Positions 36,914-46,298 of a DNA stretch of 64,000 nucleotides are shown piece after piece. A program made the position numbers and the translations under genes. The stretch spans positions 186,001-250,000 of IMG/VR virus record IMGVR_UViG_3300050120_000230. The stretch is one strand, 5' to 3'. The notes beneath the pieces were generated by a model, which saw only the letters and a program-made list of their open reading frames with translations, searched no databases and was not told the DNA's origin. Position 1 is the first letter of the stretch. Each line of letters begins with the position of its first letter.

Positions 36914-37288
36914 ATGACTTACAATGCAAACAAGGTCAACGGCCACGTCGCTTCGGGCGAACACCTGACCTCCGCAATCGACTACTTCACCGTGACCACC
37001 CCGATCAACCTCGGCGACACGGCGAACACCACGGTTTCCGGTCTGTCCGCTCTGGACAAGCTGGTCGAAATCGTTGCTCAGCGTGGCCAGCCGGTCATTC
37101 AGGGCGCCGTCACCGGCACCGGTCCATACGCCCTGAAGTTCGCAACCGAACACAAGGGTTCGTGGAACGTCACCGGCAACGCCGTCACTGACAACTCCGC
37201 AGCCGACCTGAAGGCCGCAATCCTCGCCGCTGGCGTTGACTACGGCTTCGACGCGAACACCTCCGTCACGGTTTCGGCTTCGCTGTAA
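36914..37288 (+). CDS. probable abundant virion structural protein
   Basis: TAAATA at 36874-79; extreme codon bias; own terminator. Confidence 0.7.
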   Translation: MTYNANKVNGHVASGEHLTSAIDYFTVTTPINLGDTANTTVSGLSALDKLVEIVAQRGQPVIQGAVTGTGPYALKFATEHKGSWNVTGNAVTDNSAADLKAAILAAGVDYGFDANTSVTVSASL

Positions 37289-37328
37289 TGCGACGCCTGT
37301 AGGCTTCTACCCTACAGCACACAAGTTT

Positions 37329-37363
37329 AAGGCCCCGAGGGAAACTTCGGGGCCTTTTCTTTT
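37329..37363 (+). terminator. intrinsic terminator
   Basis: AAGGCCCCGAGG-GAAA-CTTCGGGGCCTT followed by TTCTTTT. Confidence 0.85.
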
Positions 37364-37418
37364 GGACAACGAGAAATATTACCGGCTACTGTGGGCTATT
37401 CATCCAAGTGATTGACCC

Positions 37419-38105
37419 ATGTTCCTGCTGCTCATCGTCGCTCTATTCGCCACCGCGTTCAGTCAGCCAATCGTAACCACGATTCCGAGCGAACGTTTCA
37501 TCGCCGTGCAGGAAATCACTTGCCCGGTTGGCAAGCACGGCATGTCTCAGGGTACGGCCGTAGTCGTTGGCGATGGCGTTATCATGACGGATGCCCATGT
37601 CGTCGAGCATCGATCCGGCGCGTGTGGGTTCAATGGCGATGAAACCACGGTCGTTTACGAAGACCCCGTCCAAGACATCGCATTCGTCGAGGCCGACACC
37701 ACAGACATCACGCCGATGACGATCTCTTGCGAAGGAATCAAGGCAGGAAAATCGTATGTGGCAATTGGTTTCCCCGGCTTTTTGAATAACAAGTCGGAAA
37801 TCAAGATCGTCCTACCGCACAGTGATTTCCCGAACTTCATCTTCACGATTGAAACGGAAGACAATCCGCAACCTGTCAAAATCGCCGAAGTGCTGAGTGG
37901 AACTGGCGAATATCGAGATTTCAAAGAAGGGCCAGATCACCATTTCCCCTCTCCGCATCTCGCGATCATGCGAGGTTCGCTCTATCAAGGAATGTCGGGT
38001 GGGCCGATTATCAATGAAGCGGGAGAAATCGTCGGCCTGAACACGTCGATCTATGGCGTGGACTTGGCCAATCGGGATTTGAAAGACACTCCGCTTTGCC
38101 GCTGA
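37419..38105 (+). CDS. exported trypsin-like serine protease
   Basis: signal peptide; triad TDAHVV, QDIAF and GMSGGP. Confidence 0.85.
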   Translation: MFLLLIVALFATAFSQPIVTTIPSERFIAVQEITCPVGKHGMSQGTAVVVGDGVIMTDAHVVEHRSGACGFNGDETTVVYEDPVQDIAFVEADTTDITPMTISCEGIKAGKSYVAIGFPGFLNNKSEIKIVLPHSDFPNFIFTIETEDNPQPVKIAEVLSGTGEYRDFKEGPDHHFPSPHLAIMRGSLYQGMSGGPIINEAGEIVGLNTSIYGVDLANRDLKDTPLCR

Positions 38106-38163
38106 AAGTCTCTGTCCCCGCATAAATACTCAAATAGTGCGTAGGGATACAGGCTTAGCCACC

Positions 38164-38316
38164 ATGACGGTAGATCAAATCTTCGAAAATGCGGGCACAC
38201 GAAAGACAGTGTGGACCAAGCGCGGGGACACTGTGTCGAAGCGTGATGTCTCGGCTGTCTCATCTGTGAAACCCCGCGTCAAGATCGAAACCGTGAAGGA
38301 GGGACGCAAGTCATGA
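38164..38316 (+). CDS. 50-aa late protein absent from the ORF track
   Basis: MTVDQIFENAG...; TAAATA at 38123-28; ATGA overlap with the next gene. Confidence 0.55.
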   Translation: MTVDQIFENAGTRKTVWTKRGDTVSKRDVSAVSSVKPRVKIETVKEGRKS

Positions 38317-39914
38317 GCCTTTACGAAGATGAGATGTCCGCCATGGACTTCGATTTCACATCCACTCTCACCAAGCTGCTCGGCATCAGCGAAGACGAAG
38401 TCTCCGATTTGATCGAAAAGTTGGATGTGGATGACCTCACCGATCTGGTGGATGCGTGCGTCAAAGGCAATGCCGACGAAGCTCGTAAGATCATCGGTTC
38501 TGAGACCGAAGAACTCGAACCGGCTGCGGACAAAGACGAGGGTGAGGAAGAGAAATCAGACGAACCCGAGATCGGCGATCTCATCGCGCCCAAGGAAAAA
38601 CTGCGAGCGCAACGTAACAAAAAGAAGGCTCGTATCCTTCGCAAATCAGAAACCGAACTTGGCGAGGACACCGCCCCCGACGTGATTTTCAACATTGGCG
38701 ACCCTGTCGCCGTCGATGGTGAAGAAGCAACGGTCAAGGTGCCTTCTGGCCCCGGAGACACTGTCGGTGTCCTCATCAATGGAGAACTCAAAATGGTCAA
38801 TAAAAATAGCGTGCACCCGATCACTGAAGGTGTCCTCGGAATGACTCCGATGCCGGGCCTTAAGCCGTCTGGCGATCTGCAACGCATCCGTGAACTCGCC
38901 GGTCTACCGAGCGATTACGAAACTGATTCGATGGATCAACCGCCGATGACGCCTCCGCTGGAAGCAGGCGAACCCGAAGTCGGTTTGCCCGATGCGATGG
39001 CCGATGAGCCCGCAATGGACGAGCCTGCAATGGATGGTGGCATGGACGACGGCATGGATGGCATGGGCGATGTCGCCGACGTGCATCATAGCACCGGTAT
39101 GGAACCGGACGTAGACGCAGGTATGGAGCCCCCGGCTCCGATGGGCGGCCCTGACATGGCGGCTCTCCCGGCTCCCGAAGCTGAACCTGCCCTGCCCGGT
39201 TCTCTGGAAGATGCGGCTGCACTCGACGCGGCGATCACCAACATCGAAGACATGATCCCCAACGTCAAGATCAGCGAATACAAGACGCTGGTCGCCCGTC
39301 TGGAAGCCCTCGTTGCCATGGCCAAGTCGGCTGGTAAGACGGCCCTCGCCGAGTCGTCCCTGAAAGTGAAGCCGGAGATGAAGGCCAAAATCGCGGCATT
39401 CGCTGCTGGTCGCAAGCCGAAGACCGAAGACAAGATCGCTCCGAAGCCGGAATTCTCCAAGCCTGCTCCGCTTGCCAAGATCGATGGTCCGAAGCCGCAG
39501 TCTGCTCCGAAGGTGGCTGATGCCGGGGTTGGCGAGAACACTCGCAAGACCCTGATGGACTATGTTCGCGAGGCTGACGGTGATGGTTCGGAAACTCTCG
39601 GCGCCAACCGCATCGAGGCTATGAAGAACCTGCAAACCCGCATGGGTCCGGGCACCACGCCGCAAGCTGCTTCGGCCGCTTTCGATGCGATGATGAAGGA
39701 TGGCGGCGTGAAGCAAATGGGTTCTGCGTTCACGATGGCTCCGATGAGCGACGACAATCTGAAGACCAATGTCGCTGCGATGAAGAAGCCGACGCAGACG
39801 CCGACACAATCTGACGCCAGCACCACCGACACCACCACTTCAACCGGGTCCACCACCACGAACCCCGGCGCGAACGTTCAAGGTGCACCGAACTCGTCTT
39901 ACCAAGGCGGCTAA
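38313..39914 (+). CDS. acidic prohead core/scaffold-like protein
   Basis: 533 aa, D/E/P/M-rich; multiple [LIV]xE-[GSDA] sites. Confidence 0.6.
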   Translation: MSLYEDEMSAMDFDFTSTLTKLLGISEDEVSDLIEKLDVDDLTDLVDACVKGNADEARKIIGSETEELEPAADKDEGEEEKSDEPEIGDLIAPKEKLRAQRNKKKARILRKSETELGEDTAPDVIFNIGDPVAVDGEEATVKVPSGPGDTVGVLINGELKMVNKNSVHPITEGVLGMTPMPGLKPSGDLQRIRELAGLPSDYETDSMDQPPMTPPLEAGEPEVGLPDAMADEPAMDEPAMDGGMDDGMDGMGDVADVHHSTGMEPDVDAGMEPPAPMGGPDMAALPAPEAEPALPGSLEDAAALDAAITNIEDMIPNVKISEYKTLVARLEALVAMAKSAGKTALAESSLKVKPEMKAKIAAFAAGRKPKTEDKIAPKPEFSKPAPLAKIDGPKPQSAPKVADAGVGENTRKTLMDYVREADGDGSETLGANRIEAMKNLQTRMGPGTTPQAASAAFDAMMKDGGVKQMGSAFTMAPMSDDNLKTNVAAMKKPTQTPTQSDASTTDTTTSTGSTTTNPGANVQGAPNSSYQGG

Positions 39915-39917
39915 GTC

Positions 39918-40196
39918 ATGGCGTCGATCAGAGAACACATTGATCTCGTGGAATCGGTCCACGGGAACGCTACACCGAAAGTCATTCGACTGGTATTCCG
40001 TGAAGACGGAAGTGGTTCCGATGGCTTGATTCTTACGGGCGTGCCGGTGCAACTCATCGACGGCGGCCGGTCACTCAAGCTCTTCCTCATCAGCAGCACG
40101 TTCGAAGATGGTTCGGAAGAATATGACTACGCAGAGAAAGCCGGACAGATTGTGATGATCGGCGGCGAACTCTCCCAATGGTATGTGATCCCCTAA
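39918..40196 (+). CDS. small late protein
   Basis: starts MASIREHIDLVES. Confidence 0.65.
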   Translation: MASIREHIDLVESVHGNATPKVIRLVFREDGSGSDGLILTGVPVQLIDGGRSLKLFLISSTFEDGSEEYDYAEKAGQIVMIGGELSQWYVIP

Positions 40197-40199
40197 ACG

Positions 40200-40634
40200 A
40201 TGTCAGACCATATTCTACTCGGCGATACGAGGCGTGAAGCCATCAACCGTGTTCAAGAACGTCTTGGACCGGCGACTTCACGTCCGCTCGCCGAGCAGAC
40301 TTTCTGGGCTCTGGCGAAACGCGGCCAGATCACCATGGACCCGTCTGATGGGACCTATTTGATTGAGGCTGAACTCGAAGACGAGTCGATCAAGGACGTA
40401 GCCACTGCTGTTCAAAAGACCCAGACTCAGCAACGTGGCGTTCAATACAACGTCAACCGCAACCACTTCCATCGTGCCCGCGTGGCATACAAATGGAGCG
40501 CCAAGGCATCTTCGGTGATGAGCCCTTCGCTCCAAGGTTCCGAGGGGTATCATCATCCGTCAGCAGCCGGTCAATCGGAAGAGGACTTGAATATCATCCT
40601 CGATCCACCGCCCCCTCCAACAAGCACGGATTAA
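40200..40634 (+). CDS. hypothetical protein
   Basis: 144-aa ORF. Confidence 0.6.
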   Translation: MSDHILLGDTRREAINRVQERLGPATSRPLAEQTFWALAKRGQITMDPSDGTYLIEAELEDESIKDVATAVQKTQTQQRGVQYNVNRNHFHRARVAYKWSAKASSVMSPSLQGSEGYHHPSAAGQSEEDLNIILDPPPPPTSTD

Positions 40635-40684
40635 TATTGCAACGAGTGACCGCTAAATAGATAATTGGTCATCAAAGCAGCATC

Positions 40685-40912
40685 ATGCGTTTTTTCGAAA
40701 TTTCAAGTGGACTCCGTATCCCGGTGTCAGAAGAAGAGCAAGAAATTCTCGATCTGATCTCTCCTGAGAATCGGATCGCGAAATCGAAGCTCGACGAACG
40801 ACAGAAGGAAGTCGCCCGAAATATGGTGACGAGGGGTCTCCTTGTGCGCGAGCGCGAGGACGATGTTACGTTCCTCCGCACGAATAGCGCAGCCGACATT
40901 TGGAGATTTTGA
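40685..40912 (+). CDS. small late protein, possibly winged-helix
   Basis: TAAATA at 40654-59; starts MRFFEIS. Confidence 0.7.
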   Translation: MRFFEISSGLRIPVSEEEQEILDLISPENRIAKSKLDERQKEVARNMVTRGLLVREREDDVTFLRTNSAADIWRF

Positions 40913-40914
40913 CT

Positions 40915-41577
40915 ATGAATCCGCCGAACCCCCAAGACGTTGGCGAAATGGCTCGCCTTATTCGAATGATGAACGAAGGCGTTACCTTCGAAGACGACGC
41001 ACCGGAACAGCCGCAGTCGCGGTCACGCGCATCGATCATCGAAGGCGTCGTGGACTCATCTCCTACCAGCCTCGATCCGTCTGTCGCCGCCATGAAGTCT
41101 ATCTTGGAAGCGTTCAACGGCACCGGCAGCCCGGCCGATGCACTGGCAGATCGTTCCGTCATCGACCGCGAGTTGCGCGAAGCCCTGATTACCGAAGCGA
41201 CCCAGACAGGCACGCGCATCGGTAGCTGGGAGATCATCGTCAACGAAAACGATCAAGGTCTCAAGAGTTTCGACGTGACGAATGTCCACACCGGCGAACC
41301 CATCGCCACCGACCTGAGTCTCTATGACGCCGCCCACGGTATCGTGCGTGCGCTCAACGAAGGTCTGATGATTAACAGCAGCCGCGTGCGCGACATCCTG
41401 TCGGCTGAATCTGAATACGAACGTGCCCGTCAGAATGCAGCCGAGTTCCGCGAACGTGGCCGCGTCCTCGAAAGCCGTGGAGATCAACGTGCCGCCGTGA
41501 TGGAAGATCGTTTCGACGTGGCGCTCAGCCAAGCCAAGGATGCTCGCTCGCGTCTGATGAGACTAGCTAAGCTCTAA
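40915..41577 (+). CDS. probable head-assembly protein with C-terminal coiled coil
   Basis: GGAG RBS; acidic N-terminal half; helical C-terminus. Confidence 0.65.
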   Translation: MNPPNPQDVGEMARLIRMMNEGVTFEDDAPEQPQSRSRASIIEGVVDSSPTSLDPSVAAMKSILEAFNGTGSPADALADRSVIDRELREALITEATQTGTRIGSWEIIVNENDQGLKSFDVTNVHTGEPIATDLSLYDAAHGIVRALNEGLMINSSRVRDILSAESEYERARQNAAEFRERGRVLESRGDQRAAVMEDRFDVALSQAKDARSRLMRLAKL

Positions 41578-41841
41578 GTCTTCGGTCTCGCCGACCCACC
41601 GCATTTTGAAATGCAGTCTGTCCGTTTCGGACCTGAACCACATCACGAACCGCCCGGTTTCACCCGGCGGCAACGCATACCGAATATGCAGTTTCCAGTC
41701 GTCCTTTGGGATGGTGTCGTTGCACCACGCCTCGATCTGCGGCTTGAGCATCGGGTCATGATGTAGGTCTTCTGGCTGGAAGACAAACGATCCATCAATC
41801 GCCATCCGATGCGGATAGTAGGCGCCGATCCTATGCGGCAC
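41563..41841 (-). CDS. hypothetical protein, FKL-motif family
   Basis: MWFRSETDRLHFKMRW. Confidence 0.65.
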   Translation of the reverse strand: MPHRIGAYYPHRMAIDGSFVFQPEDLHHDPMLKPQIEAWCNDTIPKDDWKLHIRYALPPGETGRFVMWFRSETDRLHFKMRWVGETEDLELS

Positions 41842-42181
41842 CGAATTGTTCTTTCAGCGCCGCGTCAATGACAATATCACCAAGAGCTTCGAGTTCGCGC
41901 GCGTGACCAAAGTAGTTGATCTCCCGCAGAATGTCGTTGATCGACCCAACCCGGTGCTTATAGAATCGGGACACGGTGCGGAGGTACTTGCCCTTGTGGT
42001 CCCAGTTTCCCGCCCCGTTGTTGTAGATGTCGTAGTAGGCGTTGGAATACTGTCGGAACAATTCGAGGTGCATGTTGGCCGGATTGAACACCACTTCGCC
42101 AGTCGCGGGAACCCGCGCGTCCAGCACGATCAGGTCGGCCTTCCGGCGATCACCCCACAGGGAGTTGTCATACTTACCCAC
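41831..42181 (-). CDS. hypothetical protein
   Basis: 116 aa; YYDIYNNG motif. Confidence 0.65.
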   Translation of the reverse strand: MGKYDNSLWGDRRKADLIVLDARVPATGEVVFNPANMHLELFRQYSNAYYDIYNNGAGNWDHKGKYLRTVSRFYKHRVGSINDILREINYFGHARELEALGDIVIDAALKEQFGAA

Positions 42182-42485
42182 TGACCTTCACTCCGATCAT
42201 TTTGAACGCCGCCTTGATCGCAGTGCGAGCATCCGGCGCGGTTTCGAAGAACTTCACCTCGGTTTCCTTGAGGCCGAAACGCGCGGCGCCGTGGCCGGGG
42301 ATCGTTTCGAACTTGAAGCCGACGATCTTGACGAACCAGCCTTGGGCGTTTCCTGCCCGCCGCATAGAACCAACCATCTTGCCGCCCTTCATGATCGAAT
42401 ACGCACGATAGGGCCTGCCCGCCAAGACGACATCACCTTGGGGAAGCAGACCTACCGAGCGTTCGTTCCAGTGGCCCAGCATCAA
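42174..42485 (-). CDS. hypothetical protein
   Basis: 103 aa, coupled operon. Confidence 0.6.
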   Translation of the reverse strand: MMLGHWNERSVGLLPQGDVVLAGRPYRAYSIMKGGKMVGSMRRAGNAQGWFVKIVGFKFETIPGHGAARFGLKETEVKFFETAPDARTAIKAAFKMIGVKVSG

Positions 42486-42718
42486 GATACCCAGATCGGT
42501 TTATTGGGGCGAAGACGATAGGCGATGCAACCGATCACAAGGACAGTATTGATGATCGGGCAAACGGAGAGCCCGGCGAGTCCAACCGCCAAACTGCCCT
42601 CGGGCCATGGGCTGCGATAGTAATCTACGCGGGCGTGCCAGTGGATCATGCGGGCAATAATGACCCAACACGAAATTACCGAAACCGCCCAGACGATCAG
42701 CAGCAGGCCGCCCATCAC
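42482..42718 (-). CDS. small membrane protein
   Basis: two TM helices. Confidence 0.6.
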   Translation of the reverse strand: MMGGLLLIVWAVSVISCWVIIARMIHWHARVDYYRSPWPEGSLAVGLAGLSVCPIINTVLVIGCIAYRLRPNKPIWVS

Positions 42719-43128
42719 GCGTCGGCCATGTCGGCGACGAGGGCGTCATAGTCCGTGTGATAGTGGAAGTTCAGGGCCACGTCGCGGACCAGTTCCCCAC
42801 GCCGAATCGCGCGCTGTTGGATGAACTGGGATTCCTGAAGCGACAGGCCGCAAAGCTTGGTCAGCGTCAGATCGATGGCGATCTGTTCGGCGCTGATACC
42901 ATCGGCGGTGCGTTGATCGATCAGAGCGAGGTTGTTCAGGACCATGCTGGTCGCATGAGCGGTTTCGAGGCGGCCGACATCGCAGAGTTGTTCACGAACG
43001 TCCAGTTGGACCGGAGTCGGCTGATGATAGCGACGAACCGGCACATAATCGGCGGCGACATCGGCTTGGTGGGCCGCTTCAGCTTGGCTGTTGGCGATGC
43101 TGTCGGCGTGGGCGGTGAGAGCGATCAT
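42715..43128 (-). CDS. hypothetical protein
   Basis: GGAGG RBS; TTGACG-N16-TAATTT promoter at 43186-43159. Confidence 0.75.
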   Translation of the reverse strand: MIALTAHADSIANSQAEAAHQADVAADYVPVRRYHQPTPVQLDVREQLCDVGRLETAHATSMVLNNLALIDQRTADGISAEQIAIDLTLTKLCGLSLQESQFIQQRAIRRGELVRDVALNFHYHTDYDALVADMADA

Positions 43129-43226
43129 GTGTGTGCCTCCGGTTTCCGGTGTTGACTTAAATTACCACCGATCAGCATCTCGTCAACAATATTGCGCTCC
43201 GAATCAGCATCCATCAGAATACAATT

Positions 43227-43352
43227 GCTGCGCGAAAAAGGCACTGTAGTAGGCCGGATGTCGAGTGTGCCCGAAATACCCTCAGCCGAAAGGTCGTTGA
43301 AGCTCTAGCTCCGGTATGCAGCAGGCCCCCGGTCGAATGGTCGGGGGCTCTT
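43227..43352 (+). ncRNA. candidate small structured RNA (~125 nt)
   Basis: TTGCGC-N17-CAGAAT promoter; GGCAC/GTGCC and CC-GAAA-GG stems; terminator 43325-52. Confidence 0.4.
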
Positions 43353-43400
43353 CTGCTTGGAATAAATACCTAATACAGCGTTTGTTGCCCGGAGTGCCTA

Positions 43401-43682
43401 ATGAAAATTCGCGAGACCCGCGACCTCGCCATTCGAAAACTGACACCACTGAACGAGCGTCTGTCTCGTCAGTATGGGGTCAGCATCGACTTGGCGTCGG
43501 ACGAGGATCATCTCCGACATATTCTTGAGCACTACAATTCGAAGCGGGAGATCATGATCTTCCAACAGGGTGAAATGGCAACGAGCGATCCAGATTACGC
43601 GAAAGCGGTCCTGATTAGCGAAACTGTCAGGCTGCTGCTGCGCGAAATCGCACCGAAGCGTTCGCGCAGAAAGAAACACTAA
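43401..43682 (+). CDS. small late protein
   Basis: TAAATA at 43363-68; GGAG RBS; starts MKIRE. Confidence 0.7.
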   Translation: MKIRETRDLAIRKLTPLNERLSRQYGVSIDLASDEDHLRHILEHYNSKREIMIFQQGEMATSDPDYAKAVLISETVRLLLREIAPKRSRRKKH

Positions 43683-43683
43683 G

Positions 43684-45708
43684 ATGGCAATCGGTTACGT
43701 TGTTTATATGGGGAAAGGCGATCCAGTCGGAGACACTATCAAAGTGCCGCTCCGTCCTCATGCTGACCTTGCCTCTGCTCAGGCAGCGGCCGGAGATCAT
43801 TCTCGCGTTTTCGAAGTGAATGTCGAAAATCCCGATGAAACGGGCAAGGGAACGTGCACCATCATCAAGCAAATCGATGGAAACATCGAAGAGGGCTTGC
43901 GTGCATGGCCCGACATGACTTTCGATGACACCGAAGACGCACAAAGTGCTCTGGATTGGCATGACCGTCATGCGAAAATCCATGCGGGCAAAATGAAATC
44001 CGAGCCGGGTCGTAGAACCAGCCACGCAGATTTCGTCAATATTCACAAACGCAAGGCCAAGGCCGCCAAAGAATGGCTTGCCAAGAACGGAGCCGCGAAG
44101 GAGCCCATGAAAGAAGACGCAAACGCCGAACACTATCACGGTCTTACTGGCTGGGTTTCTGATTACAAAGCCCAGCGCAAAGCTGGCAACGTTGCGGACG
44201 CCAAGCAGACTCGCGACAACATCAAAGCCGTCATCAAGAAACACAATCTCGATGCAACCAAAGTCTGGGGCGAAGACCCCGATCAACCGAAGGAACCCAT
44301 GAAAGAATCCAAAGCAGTGAGCGGCCTCGCCTTTCTCGTCGAGAGCGAACTCGAAAAGGCCCAAGTCGTTATTGCGGCGAAGGGTATTCTGGACAAGCTT
44401 CAGAAAATGGCTGAAGACCTCGCCAAGACCGAAGCCGACGATATCATGCCCATGCTCGACAGTATGCGTCTGACGTTTGGCCCGGAACTGACGGACAGCT
44501 TCAACGACATCACCACCGCGAAGATTCGCCAGACCATGGAAGCCGTCAAGGGCGCCAAGGAAGCGATCACGCGTGAAGTCGGCCGCCTTGAAAACGAAGT
44601 CAACGGCGACATGACCAATGACATTGGCATGGGCGACCAAGACAACGGCGAAGATATGGATGCAGGCGACATGGGTGCGGAAGCTCCCGAGGGCGAACTG
44701 AACATGGGCGACGACAACATGCCCCCGATGGATGGTGCGGAAGCTCCGATGCCGGGTGACGACGAAGAAGTTCCCGATCCGGCCGCAGATGGTGGTTTGG
44801 ATGCAGCGTTCGACGACGCTGCCGCAGACACCACGGCCGCCGGTCGTGCAAAGAAGGAAAGTGTTCAGCGCAACGTGAAGGCGCTCAGCGAGTCCAAGAA
44901 CCCGGATCGCCTCGTGTTCGAAACCTTCCGCCGCACTCTGAAGGAATCGAAAGACGCCGTTCGTGCTGCTCAAGCTGTGGCACAGGCATTCGCCATCGAT
45001 TTCGCCGACGTGGTCGCCATCGTGAAGGAAGGCAAGACATTCAAGGACGAAAAAGGCAAGACCGACAAGAACAAGGATCGCGCCGAAGACCGCAAGGAAA
45101 AGAAGCGCAATCGTCCCTCCGATCTCGACGAGGATTTCGGCGACAACAAGGCCCCTCCCTTCGGCAAGAAGGCCGATAAGGACGAAGGTGAGGACAAGAA
45201 AGACGACAAGGCCGACAAAAAGCCTGCCGCTTCCAAGAAGCCTTGGGAAAAAGATGACGAGAAAGTCGAAGAAGGTAAGACCTTCAAAGACGAAAAAGGC
45301 AAGACCGACAAGAACAAGGATCGCTCCGGCGAGCGCAAAGACAAGAAGCGCGAACGTGAAGAACTCGGGGAGGGTTCCAAGCGCCCTTTTGACTCTGCCA
45401 GCCCCCCGGACGTGCACCAGAAAAAGATAGCTCTCAAGACTTTGAAGATGTCGGACGTTGGTGCAGATGTCATGGGTGGCATGAGCAAGGTTGAAGCCCG
45501 CTCGTTCCTCAAGAACCGGTGCGGATACAGCGATGCTCGAATCGCAAAACTCGAAGAGGGTGCGATTATGAACATTGGTGAGGCGACTATTGAGCAGTTG
45601 CAACGACGCGAAGAAGACCTCGCTCGTGCAGCCGCCGCCCGCCGCGCCAAGGGCTTCGGCGCCATGGCTGATGCCAAGGAAAAGCAGAAACCCGCCGAGA
45701 AAAAATGA
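43684..45708 (+). CDS. prohead core/scaffold-like polyprotein
   Basis: 674 aa, highly charged; repeated xxE-[GSD] junctions; central coiled coil. Confidence 0.65.
   Translation: MAIGYVVYMGKGDPVGDTIKVPLRPHADLASAQAAAGDHSRVFEVNVENPDETGKGTCTIIKQIDGNIEEGLRAWPDMTFDDTEDAQSALDWHDRHAKIHAGKMKSEPGRRTSHADFVNIHKRKAKAAKEWLAKNGAAKEPMKEDANAEHYHGLTGWVSDYKAQRKAGNVADAKQTRDNIKAVIKKHNLDATKVWGEDPDQPKEPMKESKAVSGLAFLVESELEKAQVVIAAKGILDKLQKMAEDLAKTEADDIMPMLDSMRLTFGPELTDSFNDITTAKIRQTMEAVKGAKEAITREVGRLENEVNGDMTNDIGMGDQDNGEDMDAGDMGAEAPEGELNMGDDNMPPMDGAEAPMPGDDEEVPDPAADGGLDAAFDDAAADTTAAGRAKKESVQRNVKALSESKNPDRLVFETFRRTLKESKDAVRAAQAVAQAFAIDFADVVAIVKEGKTFKDEKGKTDKNKDRAEDRKEKKRNRPSDLDEDFGDNKAPPFGKKADKDEGEDKKDDKADKKPAASKKPWEKDDEKVEEGKTFKDEKGKTDKNKDRSGERKDKKREREELGEGSKRPFDSASPPDVHQKKIALKTLKMSDVGADVMGGMSKVEARSFLKNRCGYSDARIAKLEEGAIMNIGEATIEQLQRREEDLARAAAARRAKGFGAMADAKEKQKPAEKK
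45028..45324 (+). repeat. two near-identical 54-bp direct repeats encoding EGKTFKDEKGKTDKNKDR
   Basis: copies at 45028-45081 and 45271-45324. Confidence 0.9.
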
Positions 45709-45908
45709 CCGAACGAACCTTCAATTTCGACCCCGGCACAGCCAAGGCCATTCATGACCTTAAAGCTGTGTTCGGGGTCGCGTCCGGTCTCGAAGTGATA
45801 CGCAAAGCCGTCGCTCTGGCCCGGATCGCTGAACGCAATTCCACCGATCACACCATCACTATGGTGGACTCGAAGGGGACGGCGACTACAATTTTACTGA
45901 ACGGGTAA
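45705..45908 (+). CDS. small putative DNA-binding protein (ribbon-helix-helix-like)
   Basis: short strand plus two helices, EVIRKAVAL. Confidence 0.5.
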   Translation: MTERTFNFDPGTAKAIHDLKAVFGVASGLEVIRKAVALARIAERNSTDHTITMVDSKGTATTILLNG

Positions 45909-45911
45909 CCG

Positions 45912-46298
45912 ATGAGACTGTTTGAACTTTTTGATGATGATAGTCTCGATGTCACCGACGACATCAAGCAGAGTCTTATGGATATCCTGACACCAATGGT
46001 TGCCTCGCGGGTGCCATTCGTCACGATTCAACAAATCATCGAAAAACTCACGCAGCTTCGCACCGGAGTCATGATCGACAGAAATCTCATCATGACCCTT
46101 CTAGACCCCGACCAGATCAAGATCATCAGCAAGATTGAAGGTGATCGCGTCTATCTCAGCAATCCAAACTCCCCCGACCGAAGCCTCGGCAAAGACGATG
46201 CCGAGAAAGAAGCCGAGCACGTTGATGACATGGCCCAGAAACAGGCTCAGAAAGCCATGGGAGCCGGGAATAAGACCGGTGGGGACGCTCCGCTTTAA
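45912..46298 (+). CDS. late protein with capsid-targeting-like N-terminus
   Basis: starts MRLFELFD. Confidence 0.7.
   Translation: MRLFELFDDDSLDVTDDIKQSLMDILTPMVASRVPFVTIQQIIEKLTQLRTGVMIDRNLIMTLLDPDQIKIISKIEGDRVYLSNPNSPDRSLGKDDAEKEAEHVDDMAQKQAQKAMGAGNKTGGDAPL

Noticed and set aside
45028-45324. 54-bp direct repeats as a CRISPR-like array
   Set aside because: Only two copies, in frame, with synonymous differences; a protein repeat
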